Positions 9,045 through 21,307 of a DNA stretch of 64,000 nucleotides are shown here, in pieces. The stretch covers positions 1 to 64,000 of the forward strand of contig JBBRAE010000011.1 in NCBI GenBank assembly GCA_038207085.1. The letters are read 5' to 3'. The position numbers and the translations under genes are program-made. The first letter of the stretch is position 1. Each line of letters opens with the position of its first letter. Source of the DNA: Armatimonadota bacterium. GTDB taxonomy: Bacteria; Armatimonadota; UBA5829; DTLH01. The notes beneath the pieces were generated by a model. That model saw only the letters and a program-made list of their open reading frames with translations. It did no database searches and was not told where the DNA came from.

Positions 9045-12000
9045 ATGGCTGACGCAAGAACCTTTGATAAGATTCGTATAGGGATTGCATCGCCGGATGA
9101 AATAAGGGGATGGTCCTGCGGCGAGGTTAAGAAGCCGGAGACCATCAACTACCGAACGTTCAAGCCGGAAAGAGACGGTCTGTTCTGCGAACGGATCTTC
9201 GGCCCAGTCAAGGACTGGGAGTGCCACTGCGGGCGCTACAAGAAGGTCAAGTTCAAGGGCATCGTCTGCGACCGGTGTGGTGTTGAAGTCACAAGAAGCA
9301 AGGTCCGCCGCGAGAGGATGGGACACATCGAACTCGCGGCACCGGTCTCTCACATCTGGTATCTTAAAGGTGTGCCGAGCCCGATGGCGATGCTACTTGA
9401 TATCAGCCCGCGACCACTTGAGCGAGTTCTGTACTTCGCTTCCTATATCGTGACTCATATCGACAGGCAGGGTATCAACGAGCGGATGGAAGAGATTCGC
9501 CAGGCGGTAGCCGCTGAGATAGAGGCGGTTGAGGAAGAGAAGAACGAGGCAATCGCAAGGGCACGTCGCGAGGCTGTGAGAGAAGAAAAGGTCGAGGAGG
9601 TCGCTCCCGAGCCTGTTGAAGGCGAGGAAGAGGTCGAGATCGTGCCCAAGGTCGAGATTTCGCCCGCTGCTGCCGCAAAGGCGCTCGCGGACAGAATCAA
9701 GGTTGAAGAGCGCGAAGCTGTCGACCGGACTGAAGAGTTGCAGAATACTCTCAAGCTGCTGGAAACGGTTCAGCGAAGAGAGCTTATCAACGAAGATCAG
9801 TATCGGGCGCTTCTAAGACTGCTTGATATTCTCACGGAGAGGCTGAACTTCGACTTTGCAGAAGCGATCAAGGCCGGTATGGGTGGCACAGCGATCAAGG
9901 AACTGCTCGCGGAGGTGGATCTTGAGAAGCTTGCAAGAGAGCTTCGTAAGGAAGTCTCCCAGACGCAGGGACCGAAGCGCGCTCGCGCCATCAAGAGGCT
10001 TGAGGTGGCGGAGTCGTTTATCAACTCCAAGTCCCGGCCTGAGTGGATGATTCTGGACGTTGTCCCGGTCATCAGCCCCGAGCTTCGTCCTATGGTGCAG
10101 CTCGACGGCGGCCGCTTCGCAACAAGCGACCTGAATGACCTCTACAGAAGGATCATCAACCGGAACAACCGGCTGAAAAAGATCACCGACATCAGAGCGC
10201 CAGAGTCGATTATCAACCACGAGAAACGGCTTCTTCAGGAAGCCGTCGACGCGTTGATCGACAACGGACGGCGAACGAGACCGGTAGTCGGAAGCAACAA
10301 CAGACCGCTGAAGTCGCTCTCCGATATGCTCAAGGGCAAGGAAGGCCGCTTCAGGAAGAACTTGCTCGGAAAGCGCGTCGACTACTCGGGAAGATCGGTA
10401 ATCGTCGTTGGGCCTCACTTGAAGCTGCACCAGTGCGGGCTTCCCAAAGAGATGGCCCTCGAGCTGTTCAAGCCGTTTGTTATGAAGACGCTTGTTGAGC
10501 GGCAGTATACGTCGAACATCAAGACTGCGAAGCGAATGATCGACCGGATGAAACCGGAGGTCTGGGACGCGCTTGAAGAGGTTATCCGGGAGCACCCGGT
10601 GCTTCTGAACAGAGCGCCTACGCTTCACAGACTGGGTATTCAGGCGTTTGAGCCGATTCTTGTAGACGGCAAGGCGATTCAGGTCCACCCGCTCGTGTGT
10701 CACGCGTTCAACGCGGACTTCGACGGCGACCAGATGGCGGTACACGTTCCGCTTTCAACGACGGCGCAGGCTGAGGCGAGGGTGCTTATGCTCTCGACCC
10801 ACAACTTGTTCTCGCCGGCGGACGGACGACCGATCGTTGCTCCTACTCAGGACATCGTTCTTGGCGCTTACTACCTTACTCAGAAAGCCGAAGCCAAAGA
10901 GGGCGCAGTGCTTCCGGTGTTTGGAAACACTCGGGAGGCGATCTTCGCTTATTCCAACTCTGTGATCGAGCTGCATCAGCCGATCAGGATCAGGCTTAAG
11001 GCTGAAGAAGGCGGCCCCGGCATCAAGGAATCGACCGTCGGCCGGGTCATCTTCAACGAGATTCTCCCCGAGCGCCTGCGGTTCTTTGACGAGGACTGCG
11101 ACAAGAAGGCGATGGGCAGGCTCGTCGCAAAGTGCCACGAAGAACACGGCACGGATGCTACGATCAAGCTGCTCGACGACCTTAAGGCGATCGGATTTAG
11201 ATACGCGACGTTTGCCGGTATCACCATTTCGATGACCGATATGGACATCCCTGGTAAACGCGATGAGATCATTAAGAAGACTGAAGACAAGGTCACAAAC
11301 CTGAACAAGTTCTACCGACGTGGACAGATCACTCAGGCGGAACGAAAACAGCAGGTTCTTGAACTCTGGACACGGGCTGCGGACGATGTTGCAAACGCGA
11401 TTCTTGAAAACATCGACAACTTCAACCCGCTGTATATGATGACCAACTCGGGAGCCCGAGGTTCCAAGAGACAGATCACACAGCTCGCTGGTATGCGAGG
11501 TCTCATGAGCGACCCGTTTGGTAACCTGATTGAAGACCTACCTATCAAGTCGAACTTCCACGAAGGCATTAACGTGCTTGAGTACTTTATCTCAACACAT
11601 GGTGCCCGAAAGGGTCTTGCGGATACCGCGCTTCGAACTGCGGACGCCGGATATCTTACGAGAAGGCTCGTAGACGTAGCTCAGGACGTTATCGTCCGTG
11701 CAGACGACTGCGGAACAACTCGCGGGATCTACGTCCAGAGGATTGAAGAAGGCGGAGACGTCATCGAAGAGCTGGCCGAACGCATTGATGGTCGGCACGC
11801 GCTTGAGGATGTTTTCCTGCTTGGTGAGGACGAACCTATTGTTCTCGCTGGTGAGGAGATCACCAAGATCGCTGCAAAGAAGATCGATGAAAGCGGCGTT
11901 AAGCGCGTTGGACTTCGCTCTGCGCTGTTCTGCGAGCTCAGGCTGGGTATCTGTGCGAAGTGCTACGGTCGCGACCTTGCTGTCGGCAAACTCATTGAGA

Positions 12001-13400
12001 CAGGAACCGCGGTCGGGATCATCGCTGCGCAGTCGATTGGTGAGCCTGGTACGCAGCTTACAATGAGAACGTTCCACACCGGAGGCGTCGCCGGCAAGTA
12101 CCTGACCGGTGTCGCTGAAGTCAAGAAGAAAAAGCAGGAATCTCTGCGAGAGCTTCATGATGACATCCGGCGCGGATTGGTTTCGTTCGAAGAAGATGGC
12201 AGCCAGGGCGTAGAGCGCGAAAGAGTTCGCGCAGTCCAGGCGGTTCTTAAGGTTCTTGAGGACCAGGTTCGCGGTCTTCTGCGAGTTGTCGAGCTCTTCG
12301 AGGCGAGGAAACCTAAGGGACAAGCAATTGTCACTGAGGTCGCCGGAAAGGTCGTCGACATCGAGACCAAAGGCCTTCGAAGGCTGGTTATCCATTCACC
12401 TGTCAAGGTTGTGGATCGCTCGCAGCTTTCTGGTGAAGTCGCCGCTGAGGATATTGTGAGTCCGGAGTCCGGTGACACGCTTGTCACGGCCGGAACGGAT
12501 ATCACTGATCGCCTTGCAAGGAAGATCGTGGACTCTGGAATTGAGACGGTCATTCTGCGAAAGACACACCTTGTGCCTTACCGCGGAAACCTTGAGATCG
12601 AGATTGGTCAGGACGTGGAGCCTGGAGACAGGATCACTGAAGGGCCGCTCGATCCGCAGAAGGTGCTTGAGCTCAAGGGCGTGAACGGCGTTATGGAGTA
12701 TCTTGTAGTAGAGATTCAGAACGTTTACAAGAGCCAGGGCGTCGACATCAACGACAAGCACGTTGAGATTATCGTAAGGCAGATGCTGAAGCGCCGCCGC
12801 GTGAGCGAGTCTGGTGACTGCAGGTTCCTGCCCGGACAGATCGTCGACAAGTTCGTCTTTGAGGATGAGAACGCACGCGTTCGAGCTCTGGGCGGGACTG
12901 AGGCGACGGCGGACTGGGTGCTTCTCGGTATTACCGAGGCGTCCCTTGCAACCGACAGCTTCCTGTCTGCGGCGTCGTTCCAGAAGACGACCAGGGTACT
13001 TACCGAGGCTGCCGTCAGAGGCAAGCGCGATAACTTGATCGGACTGAAGGAGAACGTCATCATCGGTCGGCTGATTCCTGCGGGAACTGGTCTTCCGAGG
13101 TTCAGATTACTTGACGTGCTCGACGAGAATCAGGAACAGATTGTCACGACTCGTGAGCTTCTTGAGCCCAGAGGCGAAAATCTGTTTGCCCTGACGCCCG
13201 AGGATGAGTTCGCGGCGGAGACGATTCTGGCGATTCCTGACGTTGTCGAAGACATTATCGATGATGAAGAGGACCTTACTGTCGATGTCGACGATGATGA
13301 AGTTGTCGACGTGCTCGCGCTGCAAGTCACCGAAGGCGAAGAGCCTGCGGTTGATTTCTCTGAGCCGGTAGTCGAGGATGATCCGGAAACGGCAATCTAG
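9045..13400 (+). CDS. rpoC: DNA-directed RNA polymerase beta' subunit
   Basis: [12 protein letters not shown] catalytic motif, N-terminal Zn finger, LTMRTFH trigger loop, [20 protein letters not shown]. Confidence 0.99.
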   Translation: MADARTFDKIRIGIASPDEIRGWSCGEVKKPETINYRTFKPERDGLFCERIFGPVKDWECHCGRYKKVKFKGIVCDRCGVEVTRSKVRRERMGHIELAAPVSHIWYLKGVPSPMAMLLDISPRPLERVLYFASYIVTHIDRQGINERMEEIRQAVAAEIEAVEEEKNEAIARARREAVREEKVEEVAPEPVEGEEEVEIVPKVEISPAAAAKALADRIKVEEREAVDRTEELQNTLKLLETVQRRELINEDQYRALLRLLDILTERLNFDFAEAIKAGMGGTAIKELLAEVDLEKLARELRKEVSQTQGPKRARAIKRLEVAESFINSKSRPEWMILDVVPVISPELRPMVQLDGGRFATSDLNDLYRRIINRNNRLKKITDIRAPESIINHEKRLLQEAVDALIDNGRRTRPVVGSNNRPLKSLSDMLKGKEGRFRKNLLGKRVDYSGRSVIVVGPHLKLHQCGLPKEMALELFKPFVMKTLVERQYTSNIKTAKRMIDRMKPEVWDALEEVIREHPVLLNRAPTLHRLGIQAFEPILVDGKAIQVHPLVCHAFNADFDGDQMAVHVPLSTTAQAEARVLMLSTHNLFSPADGRPIVAPTQDIVLGAYYLTQKAEAKEGAVLPVFGNTREAIFAYSNSVIELHQPIRIRLKAEEGGPGIKESTVGRVIFNEILPERLRFFDEDCDKKAMGRLVAKCHEEHGTDATIKLLDDLKAIGFRYATFAGITISMTDMDIPGKRDEIIKKTEDKVTNLNKFYRRGQITQAERKQQVLELWTRAADDVANAILENIDNFNPLYMMTNSGARGSKRQITQLAGMRGLMSDPFGNLIEDLPIKSNFHEGINVLEYFISTHGARKGLADTALRTADAGYLTRRLVDVAQDVIVRADDCGTTRGIYVQRIEEGGDVIEELAERIDGRHALEDVFLLGEDEPIVLAGEEITKIAAKKIDESGVKRVGLRSALFCELRLGICAKCYGRDLAVGKLIETGTAVGIIAAQSIGEPGTQLTMRTFHTGGVAGKYLTGVAEVKKKKQESLRELHDDIRRGLVSFEEDGSQGVERERVRAVQAVLKVLEDQVRGLLRVVELFEARKPKGQAIVTEVAGKVVDIETKGLRRLVIHSPVKVVDRSQLSGEVAAEDIVSPESGDTLVTAGTDITDRLARKIVDSGIETVILRKTHLVPYRGNLEIEIGQDVEPGDRITEGPLDPQKVLELKGVNGVMEYLVVEIQNVYKSQGVDINDKHVEIIVRQMLKRRRVSESGDCRFLPGQIVDKFVFEDENARVRALGGTEATADWVLLGITEASLATDSFLSAASFQKTTRVLTEAAVRGKRDNLIGLKENVIIGRLIPAGTGLPRFRLLDVLDENQEQIVTTRELLEPRGENLFALTPEDEFAAETILAIPDVVEDIIDDEEDLTVDVDDDEVVDVLALQVTEGEEPAVDFSEPVVEDDPETAI

Positions 13401-13422
13401 CCAGGTAGTTAAATAGCTAACC

Positions 13423-13460
13423 AAGCGGGGTCTGGAGTATGTTCCAGACCCCGCTTTTTC
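13423..13460 (+). terminator. Rho-independent terminator of rpoBC
   Basis: AAGCGGGGTCTGGA-GTATGT-TCCAGACCCCGCTT followed by TTT. Confidence 0.9.
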
Positions 13461-13563
13461 TTATGTTGTGGGCGGGCATGTGTGGGAACTGTGGCTCTAC
13501 GGTATAATACAGAAATCAGTGAGCCTGTTTGACGGGCGGCGAGAGTCATCACCAAGGTTAACT

Positions 13564-15189
13564 ATGTTTGATCCAGTATCACAGCGGCGGCAAGCCAAGT
13601 ACGCGTGGAGAGTTGCGATTCAGATTGCGGCGATATATGCGACTATCGGGGCATTGTGGATCCTTCTGTCGGACTATGCGCTGGCTTTGGTCGTCCGGGA
13701 CACCGCCACATTTGCGCGTATTGCCTTGATCAAGGGGTGGTTCTATGTGGCAGCCACCGCTGGTATGCTATATGTATTGATGCGCCGTGGAATCGTCGCG
13801 ATTCAGCGGTCCGAGCGCTCTCTCATCGAAAGCGAGGCGCTTCTCAGACTCTTCGTTGAACACACCCCCGCTGCTGTTGCGATGTTCGATCGAGAAATGC
13901 GCTATCTGATCGTAAGTCGGCGCTGGATTACCGACTACAGGCTCGGTGATCGCAATGTTATCGGATTGTCCCACTACGAAGTCTTTCCTGAGGTCCCGGA
14001 ACGATGGAAGGAGATCCACCGTCGATGCCTTCAGGGGGCCGTCGAGCGCTCCGAAGAGGATCCATTTCCAAGGCAGGACGGCACCATCGATTGGCTGCGC
14101 TGGGAAGTGAGGCCTTGGTGGGACCCGGACGGTGAGATTGGTGGCCTGATAATGTTCACAGAGGTGATCACAGAGCAGAAGCGCTCGCGTGAAGCCGTCG
14201 CACAAAGCGAGGAGCGGCTCGCTAGTATTCTTGAAACAGTGCCAAGCGGTGTGACAATGGTCGACGCGAGTGGCAAAATCACCTTTGCGAATGCGGGCTC
14301 TGAAGTCATTCTGGGGTTGAGACGTGAGGATATGGTTGGCCGCAGTCTCAGCGACCCTGCGTGGCGTATTTCGACGTCCGCCGGTGATCCGCTGCCGATC
14401 GATGAGCTGCCGTCGGAGAGGGCGCTTCGCACCGGGTTTCCTGTGACGGGGGCGGAGCTGTCGCTTGCCCGACCAAACGGGAGCCACGTGATAATCTCCG
14501 TCAATGCAGCCCCGATTAGAGACTCTTCCGGCACAGTCGTTGGCGCTGTCACGTCTGTCATGGACATCTCCGAACGCAAGCTTGCCGAGGAAGAGCATGA
14601 ACAGAGGGCCGAGCACGATCGGCGTGTTAAGCGGGACGCAGAGGAGGCCAAGAAGGCCTTCTACAAGGGGACAATCTATTCCATCACGGACGGCAAGCTG
14701 AATCTAGTCGGCTATGATGAGATAGAGCGTCTCGTGGACCCACAGAGTGTGGAGATTCCGCTGTCGAGTGCCTCTGATCTTTCGCGCCTGCGGGACACTG
14801 TTGAGGCGCGTTGCATTCAGCTGGGCATGAGTGAGGACAGGATGCAGTCGCTTGTGATCGCGGTCGGTGAGGCGGCGGCAAACGCGGTCAAGCACGCAGG
14901 AAGCGGCATTGCGAGGGTGGGGGACCACGGTGACACGGTCCAGGTCTCCATTCGGGACTTCGGTCACGGCATGGATGCCCTGATTCTCCCGAAGGTAACA
15001 CTACTGAAAGGCTTTTCTACCAAACCCTCACTTGGACTTGGATATTTGCTGATCCTTGAGTCGGTCGACACGATATACCTTGCTACAGACAAGGCCGGTA
15101 CTTGGATTCTAATGGAAAAGACCGCTACCCAGCCATCGACCGAGGTGACGATAGATATGCTGCTCAGTCGTATGCCGGACGCCTGGTGA
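13564..15189 (+). CDS. Membrane-anchored two-PAS sensor with C-terminal RsbW/SpoIIAB-like ATPase (HATPase_c) domain
   Basis: Two N-terminal TM helices; PAS motifs ([40 protein letters not shown]...DISERK); [10 protein letters not shown]-box, DFGHG G1 box, GLGY G2 box; start uncertain. Confidence 0.8.
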   Translation: MFDPVSQRRQAKYAWRVAIQIAAIYATIGALWILLSDYALALVVRDTATFARIALIKGWFYVAATAGMLYVLMRRGIVAIQRSERSLIESEALLRLFVEHTPAAVAMFDREMRYLIVSRRWITDYRLGDRNVIGLSHYEVFPEVPERWKEIHRRCLQGAVERSEEDPFPRQDGTIDWLRWEVRPWWDPDGEIGGLIMFTEVITEQKRSREAVAQSEERLASILETVPSGVTMVDASGKITFANAGSEVILGLRREDMVGRSLSDPAWRISTSAGDPLPIDELPSERALRTGFPVTGAELSLARPNGSHVIISVNAAPIRDSSGTVVGAVTSVMDISERKLAEEEHEQRAEHDRRVKRDAEEAKKAFYKGTIYSITDGKLNLVGYDEIERLVDPQSVEIPLSSASDLSRLRDTVEARCIQLGMSEDRMQSLVIAVGEAAANAVKHAGSGIARVGDHGDTVQVSIRDFGHGMDALILPKVTLLKGFSTKPSLGLGYLLILESVDTIYLATDKAGTWILMEKTATQPSTEVTIDMLLSRMPDAW

Positions 15190-15203
15190 CCCTGAGAGAC
15201 GGA

Positions 15204-15842
15204 TCAGCCCTCTTGAACCAGGAAGACAGCATAGTCAGAAAGCATGTTCTTGAAGTGCTTTACTTCTTTGCAGGTGTTGTCAGGCATGTGCCGCAGGCCG
15301 ATTTCCCGTCGTATCGTGATGTTGTGTTGTCGGCAGAACCGTCGGAAGTCTTCGATTGTAGTGTGGTGGATGTTCGGGCTGTCGTACCACTCGTAGGGAA
15401 TCTGCCCGGACTTCGGCATCGTGCCCTTGAAAGCAAGGGCCATCCTGATGCGCCAGTAGGCGAAGTTCGGAACACTGATGATGCACTGTTTGCCGACGCG
15501 GGCCATCTCTTTGATTAGAACCGCAGGCCTGTGGAGCACTTGAAGGGTGTTTGTGGCGATGACGTAGTCGACCGACTTGTCGTTGAAGTCGGCGAGGCCC
15601 TCATCGAGGTCGCCGTGGTAGACGAACAGCCCTTTTCCGACGCATGCCTGGATCGCTTCTTCGTTTAGCTCAATCCCTTGAGCACGCACGTGTTTTTCCA
15701 TCTGCAGAGTCTTCAGGAGCACCCCGGTACCACAGCCGAGGTCGAGCACTTTGCTTCTTGGCTGCACGAGTTCGACGATGCAGTGGTACTCCTGTGGGAG
15801 ATGGTCTTCTATCTGCAGGCTCTGGTTCTCACGCTGTTGCAC
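15204..15842 (-). CDS. metW: Methionine biosynthesis protein MetW (SAM-dependent methyltransferase fold)
   Basis: [32 protein letters not shown]; follows metX. Confidence 0.92.
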   Translation of the reverse strand: MQQRENQSLQIEDHLPQEYHCIVELVQPRSKVLDLGCGTGVLLKTLQMEKHVRAQGIELNEEAIQACVGKGLFVYHGDLDEGLADFNDKSVDYVIATNTLQVLHRPAVLIKEMARVGKQCIISVPNFAYWRIRMALAFKGTMPKSGQIPYEWYDSPNIHHTTIEDFRRFCRQHNITIRREIGLRHMPDNTCKEVKHFKNMLSDYAVFLVQEG

Positions 15843-16983
15843 TGTGATACTCCGCTTGATAATCTGTATACTGCAGGAAGTTGACTATGAGTTGTGAAAG
15901 CGCGTCGATCTCAAGAAGAAAAGCGTCGTGCCCGTAGTCTGACTTGATCTCGGCGTAACTCACGTCTTTGTTGTTCCTTCGAAGCGCCGAGACGATCTCT
16001 TTGCTCTGGTAAGGAGGGAAAAGCCAGTCGCTTGTGAAGGAGATGACGAGGAAACTCGCCGTTACCCCGGCAAGCGCCCGTTGCAGGCTGCCAACGCCTT
16101 CCTGGGCGAGGTCGAAATAGTCCATGGCTTTGGTTATATAGAGATAGGAGTTCGCGTCGAAGCGCTCAACGAACGTCGTACCCTTGTAGTTTAGATAGCT
16201 CTCGACCTGGAAGTCGGTGGTGAAGTCATAGCTCTGTTCGCCGACTAGGTCGCGTCCGAACTTCTGGTGCATGGACTGATCAGACAGGTAAGTGATGTGG
16301 CCGATCATCCGGGCGATGGAAAGCCCTCCCGCAGGCGGCTGGGATTCGTAAAAGTCGCCGTTATTCCAGTTGGGGTCCATCATAATAGCCTGGCGTCCGA
16401 CGGCGTCAAAGGCTATCGACTGCGGGCTAAGTCGCGCGGTCGTGGCAATCGGAATTGCGAGCCGAACCGCGTCAGGGTAGGAGACAGCCCACTGAAGCAC
16501 CTGCATACCGCCCATCGAGCCCCCAACGACGCAGCAGAGCTGCTCGATGCCGAGACTCTCTACCAAAGCCTTCTGCGCGCGTACCATGTCTTTGATCGTA
16601 ACAATGGGGAACGAAAGTCCGTAGGGTTTGCCTGTCTCGGGGTTCGTAGATGATGGCCCTGAAGAGCCTTTGCAGCCGCCTATCACGTTTGAGCAGATGA
16701 CGAAATACTTGTCGGTGTCAAACGCTTTGCCGGGGCCGACCATCGTGTCCCACCAGCCGGGTTTGCGTTCGTTTTCGGAGTGAAAACCCGCCACATGCGC
16801 GTCACCGGTCAGCGCGTGCAGAATGAGAATCGCGTTCGACTTGTCTGCGCTTAGAGTGCCGTAGGTTTCGTAGGCGAGCGTGATCGGCCCAAGCGTCCTG
16901 CCGCACTCAAGCAGCATCGGGTCTGACTCTTCGGCGAATGTGAACGTCTTCTCTTCTACAATTCCTACAGAACCTGCAATCAT
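15829..16983 (-). CDS. metX: Homoserine O-acyltransferase (MetX family)
   Basis: [16 protein letters not shown] nucleophile elbow, RFDANSY, GHDAFL. Confidence 0.95.
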   Translation of the reverse strand: MIAGSVGIVEEKTFTFAEESDPMLLECGRTLGPITLAYETYGTLSADKSNAILILHALTGDAHVAGFHSENERKPGWWDTMVGPGKAFDTDKYFVICSNVIGGCKGSSGPSSTNPETGKPYGLSFPIVTIKDMVRAQKALVESLGIEQLCCVVGGSMGGMQVLQWAVSYPDAVRLAIPIATTARLSPQSIAFDAVGRQAIMMDPNWNNGDFYESQPPAGGLSIARMIGHITYLSDQSMHQKFGRDLVGEQSYDFTTDFQVESYLNYKGTTFVERFDANSYLYITKAMDYFDLAQEGVGSLQRALAGVTASFLVISFTSDWLFPPYQSKEIVSALRRNNKDVSYAEIKSDYGHDAFLLEIDALSQLIVNFLQYTDYQAEYHSATA

Positions 16984-16984
16984 A

Positions 16985-18292
<1,308 letters not shown>

Positions 18293-18439
18293 TCAAAGAC
18301 AACTAGCAAAGCATTATTCATGAGGACCGTTGTTGGGCGGCGATTTCCGAATCGCCACCCCAAAGCTAAGACGGGATTTCCGAATCCCAAATGGCGTAAT
18401 GCATGGCAATTGACCTATTAGATACAATGGTGTATCCAA

Positions 18440-18468
18440 AGGATACCATTAATCACGCCCGGACGCAA
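18440..18468 (-). promoter_or_regulatory. Putative promoter of the metY-metX-metW operon
   Basis: Minus strand TTGCGT-17 nt-TATCCT, with TG extended -10. Confidence 0.55.
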
Positions 18469-18506
18469 CCCGAGCAATGGCGACTAAACAGAGTTCATTA
18501 CTTGTA

Positions 18507-19514
18507 TTAGGCTTCGCACGCTAACTTGTTGATAATCGCGAGTTCCTGTGTGGTGCCTACGAGGATTAGAACGTCGCCTTCCCGCAGAAGTGTGTCCGAC
18601 TTGGGGTTGTAGTTGAGCAAGCCGTCGACTCCTCGTATTGCAAGAATCGTCGCACCAGACAACTCCCTGATGCGGGAGTCCTTGATCTGTTTGCCGACAA
18701 ACGGGGCTTTTTGCGAGACAATTACATCCTCAAGCTCGAACATAAGGTTATCGGCATGGACGGTCGCGTCCAGGAACTCTACGACATGTGGTCGAAGTGC
18801 GGCGAAAGCCATCCTTCGTCCACCTGTTGTGTAGGGTGACATAACCCTGTTTGCCCCGGCGCGGCGGAGCTTGTCTTCGTTGTCCTCGCGAATCGATCTG
18901 GCGATAATATAGAGATGCGGGTTGAGTCCACGGGCAGTCAGCGTGATAAAGACGTTGCCTTCATCTGTCGGGCCGACAGTGACGAGGCCTCGTGCGCGCA
19001 TAATACCCGCCTCAAGCAGAATCTTGTCGTCGGTAGCGTCGCCCTCGATGTGCGGGAGCTGCTGGTCGATGAGTTTCGGAACCTGTTCGGGGTTGGTTTC
19101 GATCACTACAATCGGAACTTTGGTTCTTTTGAAGACCCGGACTATCTCCTGGCCCATTCTACCGTATCCGCAGATGATGTAGTGATCGCGGATATGTGAG
19201 ATTTCGTTCTGCATTTTTCTCCTCATCAGTGTATGCCAGAGGCGCTCGCTGACAATGATCTCAAAGACGCTTGTTACCGCCCAGAATACGATCGACACCC
19301 CGAAAGCTATCAGAATGATCGTAAACGCCTGCCCCATAGGGCTTAGATCGTGCACTTCCTTGTAGCCGACGGTGGCGAGGGTAATGACGGTCATATACAG
19401 CGAATCAAGGACGTTCCAGTCCTCGATGACCATGTAACCGAGTGTGCCAAGAGCCGCAAGCGCAAGAAGCGACAACAGCGCAAGCCTTAGTCTACTAAAC
19501 GATGTTAATATCAT
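18507..19514 (-). CDS. Two-TM potassium channel-like protein with TrkA-N/TrkA-C (RCK) domains
   Basis: DSLYMTVITLATVGY pore region, HYIICGYGRMG Rossmann motif, GDATD, RAGANRVMSP. Confidence 0.9.
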   Translation of the reverse strand: MILTSFSRLRLALLSLLALAALGTLGYMVIEDWNVLDSLYMTVITLATVGYKEVHDLSPMGQAFTIILIAFGVSIVFWAVTSVFEIIVSERLWHTLMRRKMQNEISHIRDHYIICGYGRMGQEIVRVFKRTKVPIVVIETNPEQVPKLIDQQLPHIEGDATDDKILLEAGIMRARGLVTVGPTDEGNVFITLTARGLNPHLYIIARSIREDNEDKLRRAGANRVMSPYTTGGRRMAFAALRPHVVEFLDATVHADNLMFELEDVIVSQKAPFVGKQIKDSRIRELSGATILAIRGVDGLLNYNPKSDTLLREGDVLILVGTTQELAIINKLACEA

Positions 19515-19579
19515 ACTCTACTACTAATACGTGAAGGATACCTGGTACTTATCCCTTTGTGCCCATAAATCCTGCCACG

Positions 19580-19608
19580 TTGCAGAATGGGTTCTGTCGT
19601 GGTACAAT
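19580..19608 (+). promoter_or_regulatory. Putative promoter for tRNA-Sec
   Basis: TTGCAG-17 nt-TACAAT, with TG extended -10, ~25 nt upstream of the tRNA. Confidence 0.6.
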
Positions 19609-19632
19609 GCCGGGGTGAACGCGCGCTTTCGT

Positions 19633-19729
19633 GGGGCCGGATCGGGTCTGGTGGCTTGCCTGGTCTTCAAAACCTGTGTGAGGGCTGAATAGGCTCTCGG
19701 GTGGGTTCGATTCCCACACGGCCCCGCCA
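19633..19729 (+). tRNA. selC: tRNA-Sec (UCA anticodon)
   Basis: 97 nt; extended acceptor GGGGCCG/CGGCCCC plus GCCA; 6-bp D stem with 4-nt TGGT loop; CT-TCA-AA anticodon loop; long variable arm; GTGGG-TTCGATT-CCCAC T arm. Confidence 0.93.
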
Positions 19730-19938
19730 AATGAACAAATTTACGCTCAAAAAGGCCGTAATCTGCATCTGCTTAGCTTGTTCTAAGGTGGCTTCGGAAG
19801 TCTGCACAATCTCCCGAATACCTCTTCTGCTGCCAAGAGAAGGAATTTTCCCCGATTGCGTATAAGTAATGCTTTATCAAGGTGTGAAAAACTTCACGAC
19901 CGTCTATTACTGCTGACCTAGTAGAAAGGGAGCAAGCC

Positions 19939-21018
19939 ATGACACGTGTTTACAATTTTAATGCCGGACCGGCGGCGCTGCCGGTTTCCGTTCTGGAGAA
20001 GGCGCAGGGCGAACTGCTTTGCATGGACGGCTGCGGGATGTCCGTTATGGAGATGTCCCACCGCTCCAAAGACTTCGCTGCGATCATCGACACCGCAGAG
20101 GCCAATATCCGAAAGCTTATGGGCATCTCGGACGACTACGACGTGCTCTTCCTCCAGGGTGGGGCAAGTCTGCAGTTCGCGATGATCCCGATGAACCTCA
20201 GGCGCGAGGGCAAGTCCGCCGATTACGTCAACACAGGAGCCTGGGCCGGTAAAGCTATCAAAGAAGCCAAAGTCACCGGCGCGGCAAACGTCGTCTGGAA
20301 CGGCAAGGACGAGAGCTTCATGCGCGCCCCCAAGCCCGAGGAGCTTACCTTATCCCCCGATGCCGAATACGTCCACATCTGCTCCAACGAGACGATCGGC
20401 GGGATTAGATTCCCCGAGTTCCCCAAGACCGCCGCGCCGCTTATCGCCGATATGTCGAGCGAGATCATGAGCCGGGCGGTAGACGTGAGCCAGTTCGGGA
20501 TGATCTACGCGGGTGCTCAGAAGAACATCGGCCCGTCGGGCCTCGCGCTTGTAATCATCCGAAAGGATCTCGCACTGCGCAGCCCCGAGAGCGTCCCCAC
20601 GTTCCTCCGATACCCGACGCACACGGCTGAGAAGAGCCTGTACAACACCCCGAACACCTGGGGCATCTACATCGTCAAGCTCGTGACCGACCGACTGCTC
20701 GAACTCGGCGGCATCCCCGCGATGCAGAAGATCAACGAAGACAAGGCCGGGAAACTCTACGGTCTACTTGATTCAAGCGACTTCTGGACCGCCCCAGCCG
20801 ACAAGGCGAGCCGCTCGATCATGAACGTCGTCTGGAGGCTCCCGAGCGAGGAACTGGAAGAAAAGTTCGTCTCCGAGGCCAAAAAAGCCAACTTCGTAGG
20901 CCTGAAGGGCCACCGCTCAGTAGGCGGCATCCGCGCAAGCATCTACAACGCAGTCGGCCCCGACGCCGTAGACGCGCTGGTCAGCTTCATGAAGGGCTTC
21001 GAAGCCGCGAACGGCTAA
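19939..21018 (+). CDS. serC: Phosphoserine aminotransferase
   Basis: YNFNAGPAALP, EMSHRS, QGGASLQF, ADMSS, AGAQKNIGP, GHRSVGGIRASIYNA. Confidence 0.97.
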   Translation: MTRVYNFNAGPAALPVSVLEKAQGELLCMDGCGMSVMEMSHRSKDFAAIIDTAEANIRKLMGISDDYDVLFLQGGASLQFAMIPMNLRREGKSADYVNTGAWAGKAIKEAKVTGAANVVWNGKDESFMRAPKPEELTLSPDAEYVHICSNETIGGIRFPEFPKTAAPLIADMSSEIMSRAVDVSQFGMIYAGAQKNIGPSGLALVIIRKDLALRSPESVPTFLRYPTHTAEKSLYNTPNTWGIYIVKLVTDRLLELGGIPAMQKINEDKAGKLYGLLDSSDFWTAPADKASRSIMNVVWRLPSEELEEKFVSEAKKANFVGLKGHRSVGGIRASIYNAVGPDAVDALVSFMKGFEAANG

Positions 21019-21056
21019 CGCGATCTCAGATTTGAGATCGCAGATTTCAGATTGAT

Positions 21057-21092
21057 GGTCCCCTCGGGCGATGAGTTCGGGGGGACTGTTTT
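21057..21092 (+). terminator. Intrinsic terminator after serC
   Basis: GGTCCCCTCGGGC-GATGA-GTTCGGGGGGACT followed by GTTTT. Confidence 0.7.
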
Positions 21093-21184
21093 GCATGTGA
21101 GGTGTATGTGGGGTGATCGCTGTGAAGTAAGAGCAGACGAAGTGAAGTGTACCCCGTCTGCCCTTTGTGAAGAAAACTTACGGT

Positions 21185-21307
21185 CTACTTCGCGTCGGTT
21201 ATAGAGATCGAGCCTTTGCCGGCTTTCTTGTCCTGCTTGTCCCGCCGCTTCTCTTTGATGTCTTTCTTTACTGTCTTGACTTCTTTTTTGGGGGATTTGT
21301 CTCCCAT
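21185..21307 (-). CDS. Small lysine-rich hypothetical protein (40 aa)
   Basis: MGDKSPKKEVKTVKKDIKEKRRDKQDKKAGKGSISITDAK; GGAAGGAG RBS upstream of the ATG; fills an otherwise empty gap. Confidence 0.55.
   Translation of the reverse strand: MGDKSPKKEVKTVKKDIKEKRRDKQDKKAGKGSISITDAK

Noticed and set aside
4506..13400. Inteins or an rpoB-rpoC fusion explaining the large subunits
   Set aside because: Inserts lack intein C/S...HN termini and endonuclease motifs; rpoB ends in TAA at 9042-9044, directly before the rpoC ATG
18303..18324. CTAGCAAAGCATTATTCATGAG as a fifth MITE copy
   Set aside because: Resembles one end only; no second end or internal hairpin, so at most a remnant or chance match
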